The notes beneath the pieces are model-generated. The model had not been told where the DNA came from. It did no database searches and saw only the letters and a program-made list of their open reading frames with translations. The position numbers and the translations under genes are program-made. DNA of 64,000 nucleotides. It comes from Nitrosopumilus sp. (GTDB lineage: Archaea > Thermoproteota > Nitrososphaeria > Nitrososphaerales > Nitrosopumilaceae). Positions 41,572-51,107 of this stretch are shown piece after piece. Every line of letters begins with the position of its first letter. The first letter of the stretch is position 1. Where the stretch lies: assembly GCA_965197525.1 (NCBI GenBank), contig OZ240211.1:96001-160000 (forward strand), read 5' to 3'.

Positions 41572-41619
41572 TGAAAGTGTGGGCTAGATGCTATACAATC
41601 GAGTCAGAACTATGGCAGG

Positions 41620-42303
41620 TTACGAAACAAACTCCATCGCTTCTGCAAACTCTGAGATTATCTTGTTCCAGTTATCAGCTTTTATGATTCCGCTTGCAAC
41701 AAGAATCCCCACAGAGCCTAACTCTCTGGCTTTTGCCACGTCTGCTCCTGAAATGATTCCTGCCCCGCAAAGTAGTTTTGACTTGCTTTTTGTATCCTTT
41801 AATATGGATGCTGCCCTGGCAATCAGTTCTGGCTTCTCCTTTGAGATTGCCCTTCCTGAACCAATCAGTTCTGGCGGCTCTATTGCAATATAGTCTGCAT
41901 CCAACTTGGCATATCTCTTGACCTCGGCAACGTTTTTGGCACACAGTACTGATATCATCTTTAACTCTCGTAATTTTGTGACTAGTCTTGGTATTGCGTC
42001 TTTTGGTACTCTGTGCTCACTGTGGTTAATTATGGAACCGTCCACCTTTGATCTCTTCAGCAGTTCTGGAATCACAAACCCCGTCGTACTGCCAGATGTC
42101 TTGTCATCAACGTGTTGAGCTAGAATGGGTATGGTTCTATTCATGTCTGCAACTAGTCCGACTAGATGCTGTGGCGGTACCACTGCAATCTTTACATTGT
42201 GATACCTTTGAGATACCTTTTCTGCGACTTTGACTAGTTTCTTTATCTTGCTGCCTGAAATCTCCTCATAGTTTTTACAGTTAATAATAAACACATCTTG
42301 CAC
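41620..42303 (-). CDS. tpiA: Triosephosphate isomerase (archaeal type)
   Basis: INCKNY, AQHVD, NHSEHR, AIEPPELIG, LCGAGI, LVASG. Confidence 0.96.
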   Translation of the reverse strand: MQDVFIINCKNYEEISGSKIKKLVKVAEKVSQRYHNVKIAVVPPQHLVGLVADMNRTIPILAQHVDDKTSGSTTGFVIPELLKRSKVDGSIINHSEHRVPKDAIPRLVTKLRELKMISVLCAKNVAEVKRYAKLDADYIAIEPPELIGSGRAISKEKPELIARAASILKDTKSKSKLLCGAGIISGADVAKARELGSVGILVASGIIKADNWNKIISEFAEAMEFVS

Positions 42304-42327
42304 CAGCCATACATTATATTTAATTCT

Positions 42328-42615
42328 TCATGCAGTCTTTGACTGTCTGTCGTATTTCATCTTCATTCCAAATACTGTTATCATTAGAATGACTGCTGCA
42401 ATGTTCGTGACTATTACAAATACATCTAGTATCAAAACCCCGTATATTGCCCACAGTACTGCTCCTATGCCTATAAACACCATCAAATATTTGGATATAT
42501 CTTTTAGTTTCTTTGTCCTGTATCCTTTGTACACTTGTTCTACCCATCCTGACAGAATTAAAATTCCTGCAGCTATTCCAATTGCTGAGAGTATCGTTTG
42601 ATCAACTTCTACTAT
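42328..42615 (-). CDS. SemiSWEET/PQ-loop family transporter
   Basis: Three hydrophobic helices, Q..K.YRTK...DIS...LWAIYG...TN pattern. The frame is open to ATA 42615, with an in-frame TGA just upstream; the ORF track shows only 42328-42534. Confidence 0.78.
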   Translation of the reverse strand: MVEVDQTILSAIGIAAGILILSGWVEQVYKGYRTKKLKDISKYLMVFIGIGAVLWAIYGVLILDVFVIVTNIAAVILMITVFGMKMKYDRQSKTA

Positions 42616-42621
42616 GCCTCA

Positions 42622-45201
42622 TCAACTCCAAAAATCATACAGGCCGGTCTGTTTTGGTTTACCTAGTATGGTATCAAAGTTCAAATCAAGTGATAGCGTT
42701 ATCTGTTCTAGCGTAGATTCCAAAAATTCCATGTATTTTTTAGCATCAATCTCATCTTTTCTTGCTAGCTCCAATGGCTTTACACCTGGTTTGTTTATGA
42801 CTTTGATGTATGATATTCTGTCTCCTTTCTTTAAATCGTTAAATGATTTGAGCTGTTTTGCAGCAGTTATGTGCTGAGGTATTGATTTTACATATTCTGA
42901 AGGCGACTTGCTGAGCATTACGTTGAATGTCAACTCTTCTAATGGTATCTCTCTTGCCTCTACTTTTTTACCAGTATCTGCAATCTTCTCTGATATACTC
43001 TGTTTTGCCTTGTCAAAATCTTCTACCGTCTTAACTTTTGAGAGTTCGTCTACTAGCTCGTAGAATAATTTTTTGATAAATGGAGGCGTATGTGATTTTT
43101 TCCCAGTTAATCCTTTGATGTCTACTTTGCCTGACTTTGTGACCCCGAAATAATTTTTTTTCCTATCACTTAACACACAGTATCTGTAGGTCTTGTCTAT
43201 CTCCAGCTCTACACCGTGGTCCTGTTTTGCCTGCTGTATTACTGTCTGAATCTGTCGCTGTGTCGGATTTTTAATAAACAACGAGTCAGTATCTCCGTAC
43301 AATACTGTAATACCTGCCTCTTCGCATTTCTTTATGGTCTCCATGATGGTATATCTTCCTATGGCAGTTGTCGCCTCTGCAACTGGCAAAAAGAATAGCG
43401 GAAATATCTCAGCACCCATGACACCATAGCTTGCATTTAGTATGACTTTGAGGGCTTGGCTGACTACTGTATACTGTTGTCTTTGATCTTCAGTCAATGT
43501 CTCTTTTTTTGAGAGACTCTTGTAATAGTTGACGCGCAAATCCCTCAGTGATCCTATGATCATTGCAGTAAGCCCGTTCTTTTGCGTGCATACCCAATGA
43601 TTTGTCCCGGGAATTGTGTTTGTCCTGCATGTATCATGGACGCATCTGACTGTCTCATATGACAAGTTCCTAACTTTGATGATACTAGGATACAGGCTAG
43701 CAAAGTCCATTACTACAACATCAAAGTGTATTCCTCTCTTTGGATCGATTACTAGACCGCCACGATATTTTTTATCTTTGATTACTGCATTAGACATTAC
43801 GCCCTCTGATCTTTTTTGGAGATCATCTCGTTTTGGAATTAGGTAGTTTCTTTTTCTGTGTTCATAGTACAGCAAACTGCGAATCCATTGAGAGACTCCC
43901 AATCGTGCAATATCATCGATGGGCATTCTTCCAATTCTTGCAATAATCACTAGTAGATTCATCAGTAAATTCTTGTTAAAACTAGTAAGCTCGTATGTTA
44001 ACAGTGCATCGTTATAACAGTACTTTGCAGTCTGATAAAGTGTCAGTTCGTTCAAATCTAATCCGTAGTCTATCTTCTCTTTTCCCAGTAGCGCCTTTGA
44101 GACTGAGTTTAGGGAAAAATCTGTATATTTTTGACTGAATGCATAAATCTGAAATGATCTGTTTGATAGCGTTCTATACAAATCAATATGTATTCCCTTT
44201 TTAAATAACGCATTATCTCTTGCCATGTAAAGTGGATTTTCTGTTTTTTTTAATTTTAACACTTCTGCTCTGTGGTACAAGTATGGCAAGTCAAAGTCAT
44301 CCCCATTATACGTCAAAATAACTGGGAATTCATTCATTATGTCAAATGCATCCTGTATCATGTCTCCCTCTTTATCTGAATCATAAAATGTAACCTTGAT
44401 GTTTGGTTCTAACTCATTTGTGCCCGTCTCGGTATCCTCTGTTTTAAGTACGAATATTCTGTCAAATCCGTCTGATCCCTTGAATCCTATGGCTGTGACT
44501 TTTTTTTCTGCGAGTCTTGGATCCGGAATTCGACCTATCTCTGCTTCGACTTCGATATCGACACTTAATCTCTTTATCTCTGGAATGGGCTGGTTTAGCA
44601 AATCTGCCCATTCTGAGATGTACGATTTGAACTCTTTTGCATCTGCCATACTCTCACTATCGACCTTGTCCCACAGCAGACTCTTTAGCGCAAGTTTGAC
44701 CTCGTCTGGAATATCTTGGTCTTGTTGTTGTATCTTTCCATTTGTAATGCTGTAATACTTTCCAACGATTAAATTTCTGTCATAAAGATAGTTCTCATAA
44801 TATTTAATGTCAGATTCCCATGTCTCAATCCTATTTCTAACACTTTTTTCACTTGCTGTACCTCCTATTGTCAGCGGATCTGCTGCTATGATCTTTGAGA
44901 TGTTAATTTGCTTGTCGCTTATCAATTCGTATTTTTGAGTGGTTTTTATATCCAACACGCCCTCATTTTCTCTTAAAAATTCTAGTTCTTCAGGTGTTAG
45001 TTTTGAGTAACAGTATGGCTTGTGGCCTATTTCATCATTCCACCGGATTAGTTTTTGCGATATCGGATCATAAAATTTTAAAACTGCTGATTTTAAAGTG
45101 CCATCGTATGTTGCTGACAGCAGTATTGCAGATTGCATGGATTCAATATTATTCTTATTGTCATTGCCATTTTTGTTAATATTGTATTGACTTTCTTGCA
45201 T
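42622..45201 (-). CDS. polB: Family B DNA polymerase
   Basis: DIEVE exonuclease I, YNGDDFD, DFASLYPS, KVILNASYG, YGDTDS, KKNY. Confidence 0.98.
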   Translation of the reverse strand: MQESQYNINKNGNDNKNNIESMQSAILLSATYDGTLKSAVLKFYDPISQKLIRWNDEIGHKPYCYSKLTPEELEFLRENEGVLDIKTTQKYELISDKQINISKIIAADPLTIGGTASEKSVRNRIETWESDIKYYENYLYDRNLIVGKYYSITNGKIQQQDQDIPDEVKLALKSLLWDKVDSESMADAKEFKSYISEWADLLNQPIPEIKRLSVDIEVEAEIGRIPDPRLAEKKVTAIGFKGSDGFDRIFVLKTEDTETGTNELEPNIKVTFYDSDKEGDMIQDAFDIMNEFPVILTYNGDDFDLPYLYHRAEVLKLKKTENPLYMARDNALFKKGIHIDLYRTLSNRSFQIYAFSQKYTDFSLNSVSKALLGKEKIDYGLDLNELTLYQTAKYCYNDALLTYELTSFNKNLLMNLLVIIARIGRMPIDDIARLGVSQWIRSLLYYEHRKRNYLIPKRDDLQKRSEGVMSNAVIKDKKYRGGLVIDPKRGIHFDVVVMDFASLYPSIIKVRNLSYETVRCVHDTCRTNTIPGTNHWVCTQKNGLTAMIIGSLRDLRVNYYKSLSKKETLTEDQRQQYTVVSQALKVILNASYGVMGAEIFPLFFLPVAEATTAIGRYTIMETIKKCEEAGITVLYGDTDSLFIKNPTQRQIQTVIQQAKQDHGVELEIDKTYRYCVLSDRKKNYFGVTKSGKVDIKGLTGKKSHTPPFIKKLFYELVDELSKVKTVEDFDKAKQSISEKIADTGKKVEAREIPLEELTFNVMLSKSPSEYVKSIPQHITAAKQLKSFNDLKKGDRISYIKVINKPGVKPLELARKDEIDAKKYMEFLESTLEQITLSLDLNFDTILGKPKQTGLYDFWS

Positions 45202-45204
45202 ATC

Positions 45205-45732
45205 TTACTCTGCACTCTCATCATATTGATCGATTAGTTTTTTTGCCCAATTTGTGATTTTTTCTTTATCTAGTGTAATTATCTCAACATTGGATTGTTG
45301 AATTAATTCATGATTTGTTTCAGGATACGCGTCAAGACACACAAATTTTTTAATTCCTACTGTGATTGCCATCTTTGTACATTCGATACACGGCACAAAC
45401 GTTGTGTACAGTATACTATTCTTTAATCCTACTTTGATCCCTAACACTGCACAGTGCATTATGGCATTGGCTTCTGCGTGATTACAAAGACATCTATCTA
45501 ATGCACTACCTGATTTTATCTTTCCTTCCATTCGTAATTTGCATCTAGTGCATCCTCCCTCAAAGCAGTTTTTGATTCCTGGAGGTGTACCATTATATCC
45601 TGTTGCCAACTGTCTATGTTCGCTGACTATGACTGCCCCCACTTGTCTTGTAATACAGTTTGACCGGAGTTTAGCTAGCTCTGCTTGAAGCATGAAATAT
45701 TCGTCCCAACTAGGCCTCTTAAAATCTGTCAT
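45205..45732 (-). CDS. dCMP deaminase family protein
   Basis: VGAVIV, ATGYNG, HAEANA and PCIEC zinc motifs. Confidence 0.93.
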   Translation of the reverse strand: MTDFKRPSWDEYFMLQAELAKLRSNCITRQVGAVIVSEHRQLATGYNGTPPGIKNCFEGGCTRCKLRMEGKIKSGSALDRCLCNHAEANAIMHCAVLGIKVGLKNSILYTTFVPCIECTKMAITVGIKKFVCLDAYPETNHELIQQSNVEIITLDKEKITNWAKKLIDQYDESAE

Positions 45733-45985
45733 ACGATTCTTGTACGCTTGTTCAATATATGGATCGCGTTAGCATGTGTTTGATCTGTGGCTATTCATAC
45801 TATTTTTGTGCTCATCTCTCTGTTTTTCACTGATTATGTTCTCGTTTGGCTTTATGTTTAGCCTGTCGGGTACTCTGTTTTTTATCTGTCTCTAGAATCT
45901 GCATTATCTTTTTTTTTGTAAAACATTTTAGCTTGGACGTAGCTTTGAATAAAATCAATGATTAAAACTACGAGATTTTACTGAT

Positions 45986-47503
45986 TTGTGGTACATGACT
46001 GAATTTGTAGTAAAAAAATATGTTACAAAAAATTCCATAGAGAGACGAGAGTACCAAGTGAATCTTGCAACTCAGGCAGTCAAAGAGAACTGTATTGTTG
46101 TACTGCCTACAGGTCTTGGCAAGACTGCAGTAGCATTACATGCAATTGCAGAATATCTATCAAAAGGAACAGGCGGGATCTTGTTTCTGGCACCTACTAG
46201 GGTTCTTGTAAACCAGCATTTTGAATTTTTAAAAAACAATCTGACACTAGATGACATATCCTTAATTACCGGTACAGATTCTGTTCAAAAGAGAGAAAAA
46301 CTCTGGAATAACAGCGTAATTTGTGCAACTCCTGAAATTGCTAGAAATGATCTGAATCGTGGCATCGTCTTCTCTGAGAATTTTAGTCTTGTGATATTCG
46401 ATGAGGTCCACCGAACTATAGGAGATTATGCATATTCTGAAATTGCTCAAAGATTTGAAAACACCTCTACTAGACTTGTTGGTATGACTGCTACTCTCCC
46501 AAGTGAAAAAGAAAAGGCAACTGAGATCTTGACAAGATTACGAATATCAAGTGTTGCACAGAGAACTGAGGACAGTCCTGATGTAAAGCCTTACACTCAT
46601 GAGACTGACACTGAGTGGATTACAGTCAATTTGCCACCAGATTTGAAAGCAATTCAGAAACTACTCAAATTGGCTCTTGATGCACGATATGATACATTAA
46701 AGAGTAATGGAATTGCCCTTGCACAACAGCAGTCGCTTTCTGCATTACTACGAATCAGACAATACGTATTAGGGAAGGATAGGAGATCTGCAAAACCGTT
46801 GTTTACTGCAATCAGAATTCACTATGCATTAAACATGTTAGAGGTTCACGGTATCACTCCGTTTCTGAAATACTGCAAACGTGCGCAGGCAAAAAAAGGT
46901 GTAGGAATCAAGGATCTCTTTGAGTTTGATCCAAACTTTACAAGGGCTATGAACCTGGCACGGGTTGCTCAATCCAAGGGGGTGGAACATCCAAAGATTC
47001 AAAAACTACAAGATATACTGCAGTCTGCTTCAGGCAAGACATTGATCTTTACTAGTTACAGGGATTCAGTAGAATTAATTCATAATCAACTCACCAATCT
47101 TGGAATTTCTGCTGGAATACTTATTGGTAAATCAGGTGAAACAGGACTAAAACAAGACAAGCAGATAGAAACTGTTCGGAACTTTAAAGACGGATTATTC
47201 AACGTGCTAGTTGCTACCCGTGTAGGTGAGGAAGGCTTGGATATTGCCGAGGTCAACCAAGTAGTCTTTTATGATAACGTGCCAAGCTCCATAAGATTTG
47301 TTCAAAGACGTGGCAGAACAGGTAGAAAGGATACGGGTAAATTAATTGTATTAATTGCAAAGGATACTATTGACGAGGCGTATTATTGGATTGGAAGACG
47401 AAAGATAACCAAGGCCAAATCCATGGGGGACAAGATGATCAAAGTATTGGAGGATAACCAAGAGCTTGAATCTCAAAGAGTGAGGTTGGATCTATATGTA
47501 TAG
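45986..47503 (+). CDS. Hef/FANCM-like SF2 helicase (no nuclease domain)
   Basis: LPTGLGKT, LAPTRVLV, DEVH, GMTAT, GEEGLDI, QRRGRTGR. Confidence 0.93.
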   Translation: MWYMTEFVVKKYVTKNSIERREYQVNLATQAVKENCIVVLPTGLGKTAVALHAIAEYLSKGTGGILFLAPTRVLVNQHFEFLKNNLTLDDISLITGTDSVQKREKLWNNSVICATPEIARNDLNRGIVFSENFSLVIFDEVHRTIGDYAYSEIAQRFENTSTRLVGMTATLPSEKEKATEILTRLRISSVAQRTEDSPDVKPYTHETDTEWITVNLPPDLKAIQKLLKLALDARYDTLKSNGIALAQQQSLSALLRIRQYVLGKDRRSAKPLFTAIRIHYALNMLEVHGITPFLKYCKRAQAKKGVGIKDLFEFDPNFTRAMNLARVAQSKGVEHPKIQKLQDILQSASGKTLIFTSYRDSVELIHNQLTNLGISAGILIGKSGETGLKQDKQIETVRNFKDGLFNVLVATRVGEEGLDIAEVNQVVFYDNVPSSIRFVQRRGRTGRKDTGKLIVLIAKDTIDEAYYWIGRRKITKAKSMGDKMIKVLEDNQELESQRVRLDLYV

Positions 47504-47516
47504 GAACGCCATAATA

Positions 47517-47780
47517 TCACTTGCATACCTTATCTATAATTGACCGCTTTCTTTGAATCACCCTGTTCTTCATTGCAGATTCTAAATGATGGATACTAGT
47601 ATTTTTTGCTTCAAGCAAGTTTTCTAGCCTTATATCATATTGACTCTCAAGAAAGTTCTTTATTTGGTGTACATCTTGCATCTCTAGGCTTTCAAATGCA
47701 CCTTTTGCTAGATTTGTAATGGATGAATCTAGATACTGTAGAATTTCGTCCAGTATTTTTTCGCTAGTTAGTGGCATCAT
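47517..47780 (-). CDS. Conserved hypothetical protein
   Basis: 87-aa helical ORF convergent with the helicase. Confidence 0.65.
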   Translation of the reverse strand: MMPLTSEKILDEILQYLDSSITNLAKGAFESLEMQDVHQIKNFLESQYDIRLENLLEAKNTSIHHLESAMKNRVIQRKRSIIDKVCK

Positions 47781-47851
47781 TTTATTTTATATTGTATTTT
47801 AAAAAATGTTTTGAGATCATAACATGGCTGCTGTTCAAAATTATAATATAG

Positions 47852-48348
47852 GGTTCTGTCAAGTTATCGTGCGTTGGGATAGATACCTGACATATAAAAA
47901 AATAAATAATATTATACTATAATATGGTCATTGAAGGCATACAAGTCAATAACACAATTCTACGAACTACAACCCCGAATAGAATACAAAATCCAATTGG
48001 CAGGCCATCCAAAAAACACGAGCACGCAATGTCCCCAATGCGGAAAGAAATTCCAAGAGGCCATGCAACACAGACGTAAAATGTCGTGTAATAATTGCGG
48101 ATTATTTATGGATAGAGATGTAATCACTGCCATGAATATATCACGCAAGCTGTCCCCTAGGTTTAGGGATAGTAGAGGTGACATATATGAAGCAAAGTCT
48201 GACATTTTTGAGTCAGCGATGTCGGAACCCTGCAGACCGGTAATCTGGATAGTCGATATGTCAAAGTCAAGTGATAGGGAGAAGAAATTTTGTTAATACG
48301 TAATAAATTTCAGGTCTATAACCCGACACACGATAACTTGACAGAACC
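47852..48348. mobile_element. Non-autonomous IS6-type mini-element (497 bp) carrying a tnpB 3' fragment
   Basis: ~39-bp TIRs whose first 20 bp are identical (GGTTCTGTCAAGTTATCGTG); 8-bp TSD TAATATAG (47844-47851, 48349-48356); no IS6 transposase inside. Confidence 0.88.
47931..48296 (+). pseudogene. tnpB: TnpB (IS200/IS605 OrfB) C-terminal fragment
   Basis: FYELQ.RIEYK, PKNTSTQCPQCG, CNNCG, MDRDV..AMNI; RuvC-I and most of the protein are missing. Confidence 0.87.
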
Positions 48349-48353
48349 TAATA

Positions 48354-49752
48354 TAGCAATGCGCATAAGTTTCTGTACAGCCAGTTTCTGGACATCGTCG
48401 TCACTGTTACTAACTGTATAGGAAAAGTCAAAAATTTGTTTCATTAAATGTGCACATGTATGAACGTAAAATGCTAAAACAAGTGCAAAAAGTAGAACAC
48501 GTAGGCTGTATATCACGTAGGCTGTCCATGTTGTTGGCATTTATGATGATCCAAACATTTGTCAATACTGCCAAAATATCTTATTGTGATCGTCGTACTG
48601 TTGCCATGTGGTACTGCAGGTTTGCATGTGCTACAAAATCATTTCAGGGGGTACGACAGGCCCTCTCAGACAAACCACGGTCAGGACGTCCACCCAAGAT
48701 AGATAGAAAAATTCTAAACAAAGCAATGCAATGGTGCGAGAAACGCGCATTTACACCAGTAGAACTGCACTACAAGCTAGAAGAGATGTCTGGAAAAAGC
48801 CTTAGCATGTCGCAGATAAGGCGATATGCCAAACATTGGGGATACTCTAGAAAAAAGACACAACCAGTCATGGTTAATAGAACATCAATGGAAGAGGTGG
48901 ACAAATGGAGAGCCGGCCTGTATCAAAAGATTGCAAGATACACAAAGATTGGATATACAATTGTAACACAGGATGAATCACACTTCAAGGACGCTGCAAT
49001 GTCTGCAAAATATTGGGCAAAAACATGCCTACGCATATTCATGTTATGGAGCGGAGGATTTCATAGATTCTCAATGATATGTAGCATGACACAAGACGGC
49101 AGACAGTTTTTTAATCACTGTCAGACTGTCAACACCGTCTCCTTTCTAGAACATATCGACAAGGTGTACAGGGAGGTAGGCAAGATGGTTCTGATACTAG
49201 ACAAGGCACCGTGGCATACATCCCATGATGCAGAAGATTTCTTTGCAGAACGCGACATTATTGTCCTGTGGTATCCTGTAGGACATCCATATCTGAATCC
49301 CGTAGAGGAGGTATGGAGCGTACTCAAACGTGCAATGAATCATTCCATACGTTATGCAGATAAGAATTCACATCTGGCAGCAGTATACGAGTTTATACGG
49401 ATACACAAATTTGATTATAATTTTAAAAAGTTCTGGAAGAGAAGACCGTCCAAGGGAATCATGCGGCCATTCATAAAGATGGATGACGGCCTGCCAAATC
49501 CCGACATTGTATCGCACCAAGTATCGTCTAAACCTGCACAAAAGCAATGATTGTACGAATAGTTTGATTTTCTGTATGTGTCATGTTGGTGCTTGTATTT
49601 TTTTCTAATGTGATATGTATAGCCATACATGAATCTAAATTTTAATTTTCCATACATTTTGCTTTGTGTTTTTGGTATATTCCCCAGACAAGAAGCATTA
49701 TGCATATTGATGGTCCTAAAATACCATGTACAGAAACTTATGCACGCTGCTA
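48354..49752 (+). mobile_element. IS630-family insertion sequence (1399 bp)
   Basis: 26-bp TIRs TAGCAATGCGCATAAGTTTCTGTACA / TAGCAGCGTGCATAAGTTTCTGTACA (23/26 match); TA duplication at 48352-48353 and 49753-49754. Confidence 0.9.
48450..49550 (+). CDS. IS630-family transposase
   Basis: DKPRSGRPPK, GYSRKK, QDESHF, LDKAPWH, LNPVEEVWSVLK. Confidence 0.94.
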   Translation: MHMYERKMLKQVQKVEHVGCISRRLSMLLAFMMIQTFVNTAKISYCDRRTVAMWYCRFACATKSFQGVRQALSDKPRSGRPPKIDRKILNKAMQWCEKRAFTPVELHYKLEEMSGKSLSMSQIRRYAKHWGYSRKKTQPVMVNRTSMEEVDKWRAGLYQKIARYTKIGYTIVTQDESHFKDAAMSAKYWAKTCLRIFMLWSGGFHRFSMICSMTQDGRQFFNHCQTVNTVSFLEHIDKVYREVGKMVLILDKAPWHTSHDAEDFFAERDIIVLWYPVGHPYLNPVEEVWSVLKRAMNHSIRYADKNSHLAAVYEFIRIHKFDYNFKKFWKRRPSKGIMRPFIKMDDGLPNPDIVSHQVSSKPAQKQ

Positions 49753-49870
49753 TATAGTATCTAGGTATATGCATGGGGTATCTATGCATGGTTAAACGTA
49801 TACAAGTATTTGCGTGTCCATACATCATTTCCTTGGAGTCTTGGCGCACTCTTGTGACCTAGCTCTCTTT

Positions 49871-50149
49871 TTACCCTGTTCTTTTGATTACGTGATATCC
49901 AAATTCACTTTTGACTGGTTCAGATATCTGCCCTACTCCCAACTTGAATGCTGTATTTTCAAATGGCTTTACCATCATGCCCTTTGTAAAATAGCCCAAG
50001 TTTCCATCTTTCTTTGCACTTCCGGTATCCGTCGAGCATTCTTTTGCCAGTTTACCAAACTTTTCACCTTTCTTGATTCTCTCTAAAATAGATAGAGCTT
50101 CACTGTGTTTTGCCACCAGAATATGCGAGCATTTTATCTTCGTTGACAT
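49871..50149 (-). CDS. Parvulin-type peptidyl-prolyl isomerase
   Basis: CSHILV, GNLGYF, MVKPFE, SEPVKSEFGYHVI. Confidence 0.95.
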   Translation of the reverse strand: MSTKIKCSHILVAKHSEALSILERIKKGEKFGKLAKECSTDTGSAKKDGNLGYFTKGMMVKPFENTAFKLGVGQISEPVKSEFGYHVIKRTG

Positions 50150-50359
50150 ACCATTATGTGCTTGTTGCCCATCTTAATGTGTTGGGCTTCTACTATTGTA
50201 AGAGGTTAGATCCCCTGCCTACAAACTCAATAACTCGTGCTCAACCTAATCTTTTACATATCTTGGTGTATATGTAATCACAAGTATCATCTTTGTCACG
50301 TTATACGACCACTTGAATATATTGTGATTAGTATCGACATAAAATTTGCAGTAAGATGT

Positions 50360-50765
50360 CTAGTTTAGCCCCCAACTGACTTTGTTGCTTGGCACTATCT
50401 TTACAAACGGCGCTTCTCTCTATCTTTCCATGGATCTTCTCTTACCCATGCAAATCTCTTATAAAAAATATCATACCATCTATTAAATTCAGTACCATTC
50501 TCCACGATCTCGATTTTACCTTGGATGCATATTGCTTTGTGTTCTTTTGTCTTGTAAATATCAATTACAATACTTGCTTGAGGATTTGCTCTAATATTGT
50601 TAAATGAACGGGTGTCATAATCAGTGGCTATACCGATTACGCCGTTATCTTCAAATACAAACGACACTGGTTTTACGCGCGGTATATCATCATGAAAAGT
50701 GGCCAGTCGTGTCTCCTCCCTCATCTCTAAAAACTCTATATCTCTTTTTGGGTAAATTTTATCAA
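50360..50765 (-). pseudogene. Pyridoxamine 5'-phosphate oxidase-like FMN-binding protein with two +2 frameshifts
   Basis: Core RLAT..DDIPRVKPVSF...NIRANPQASIVID. An extra TA near 50740 and an extra GA near 50418 separate the N-terminal LIKFTQKEI and the C-terminal EAPFVKIVPSNKVSWGLN*. Confidence 0.78.
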
Positions 50766-51049
50766 CTAAATACTCGCTCTCTTATGTTGGGCATCTGTTT
50801 GTATATGATGTCCCTTATCTTCATCTGCTCTTCTACATTTGGCAATTCTTCTTGCTTACTTAGAATAGCGCCACTCATTCCTAGCGCCATTCCCATAATG
50901 ATGCCGTATACAAACTCTTGTGGATCCTTTACTTTGAGTATCTCGTTGTTCTGATTGACCTCTTCAAGATATGATGGAATTGTTGATACTGCACCATTGA
51001 TAACTTGGTTAATCAGCTCTTCTAGCTGTGCTTCTGTATCTTCATTCAC
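50762..51049 (-). CDS. Conserved hypothetical protein
   Basis: 95-aa ORF; its stop overlaps the next gene's TTG. Confidence 0.75.
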   Translation of the reverse strand: MNEDTEAQLEELINQVINGAVSTIPSYLEEVNQNNEILKVKDPQEFVYGIIMGMALGMSGAILSKQEELPNVEEQMKIRDIIYKQMPNIRERVFS

Positions 51050-51107
51050 AAGTTACCTCTAAATATTTTCCTAATAAACATGTGCCTACCTAAGACTTTT
51101 TACCTAT

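Noticed and set aside
45986-47503. Hef helicase lacking the ERCC4 nuclease as a truncation
   Set aside because: The ORF ends cleanly, and helicase-only forms are known in archaea; not treated as novel.
48417-49576. Alternative inner IS630 ends (TAGGAAAAGTCAAA / CAGAAAATCAAA)
   Set aside because: Much weaker match than the 26-bp TIRs at 48354 and 49752, which also carry the TA duplication.
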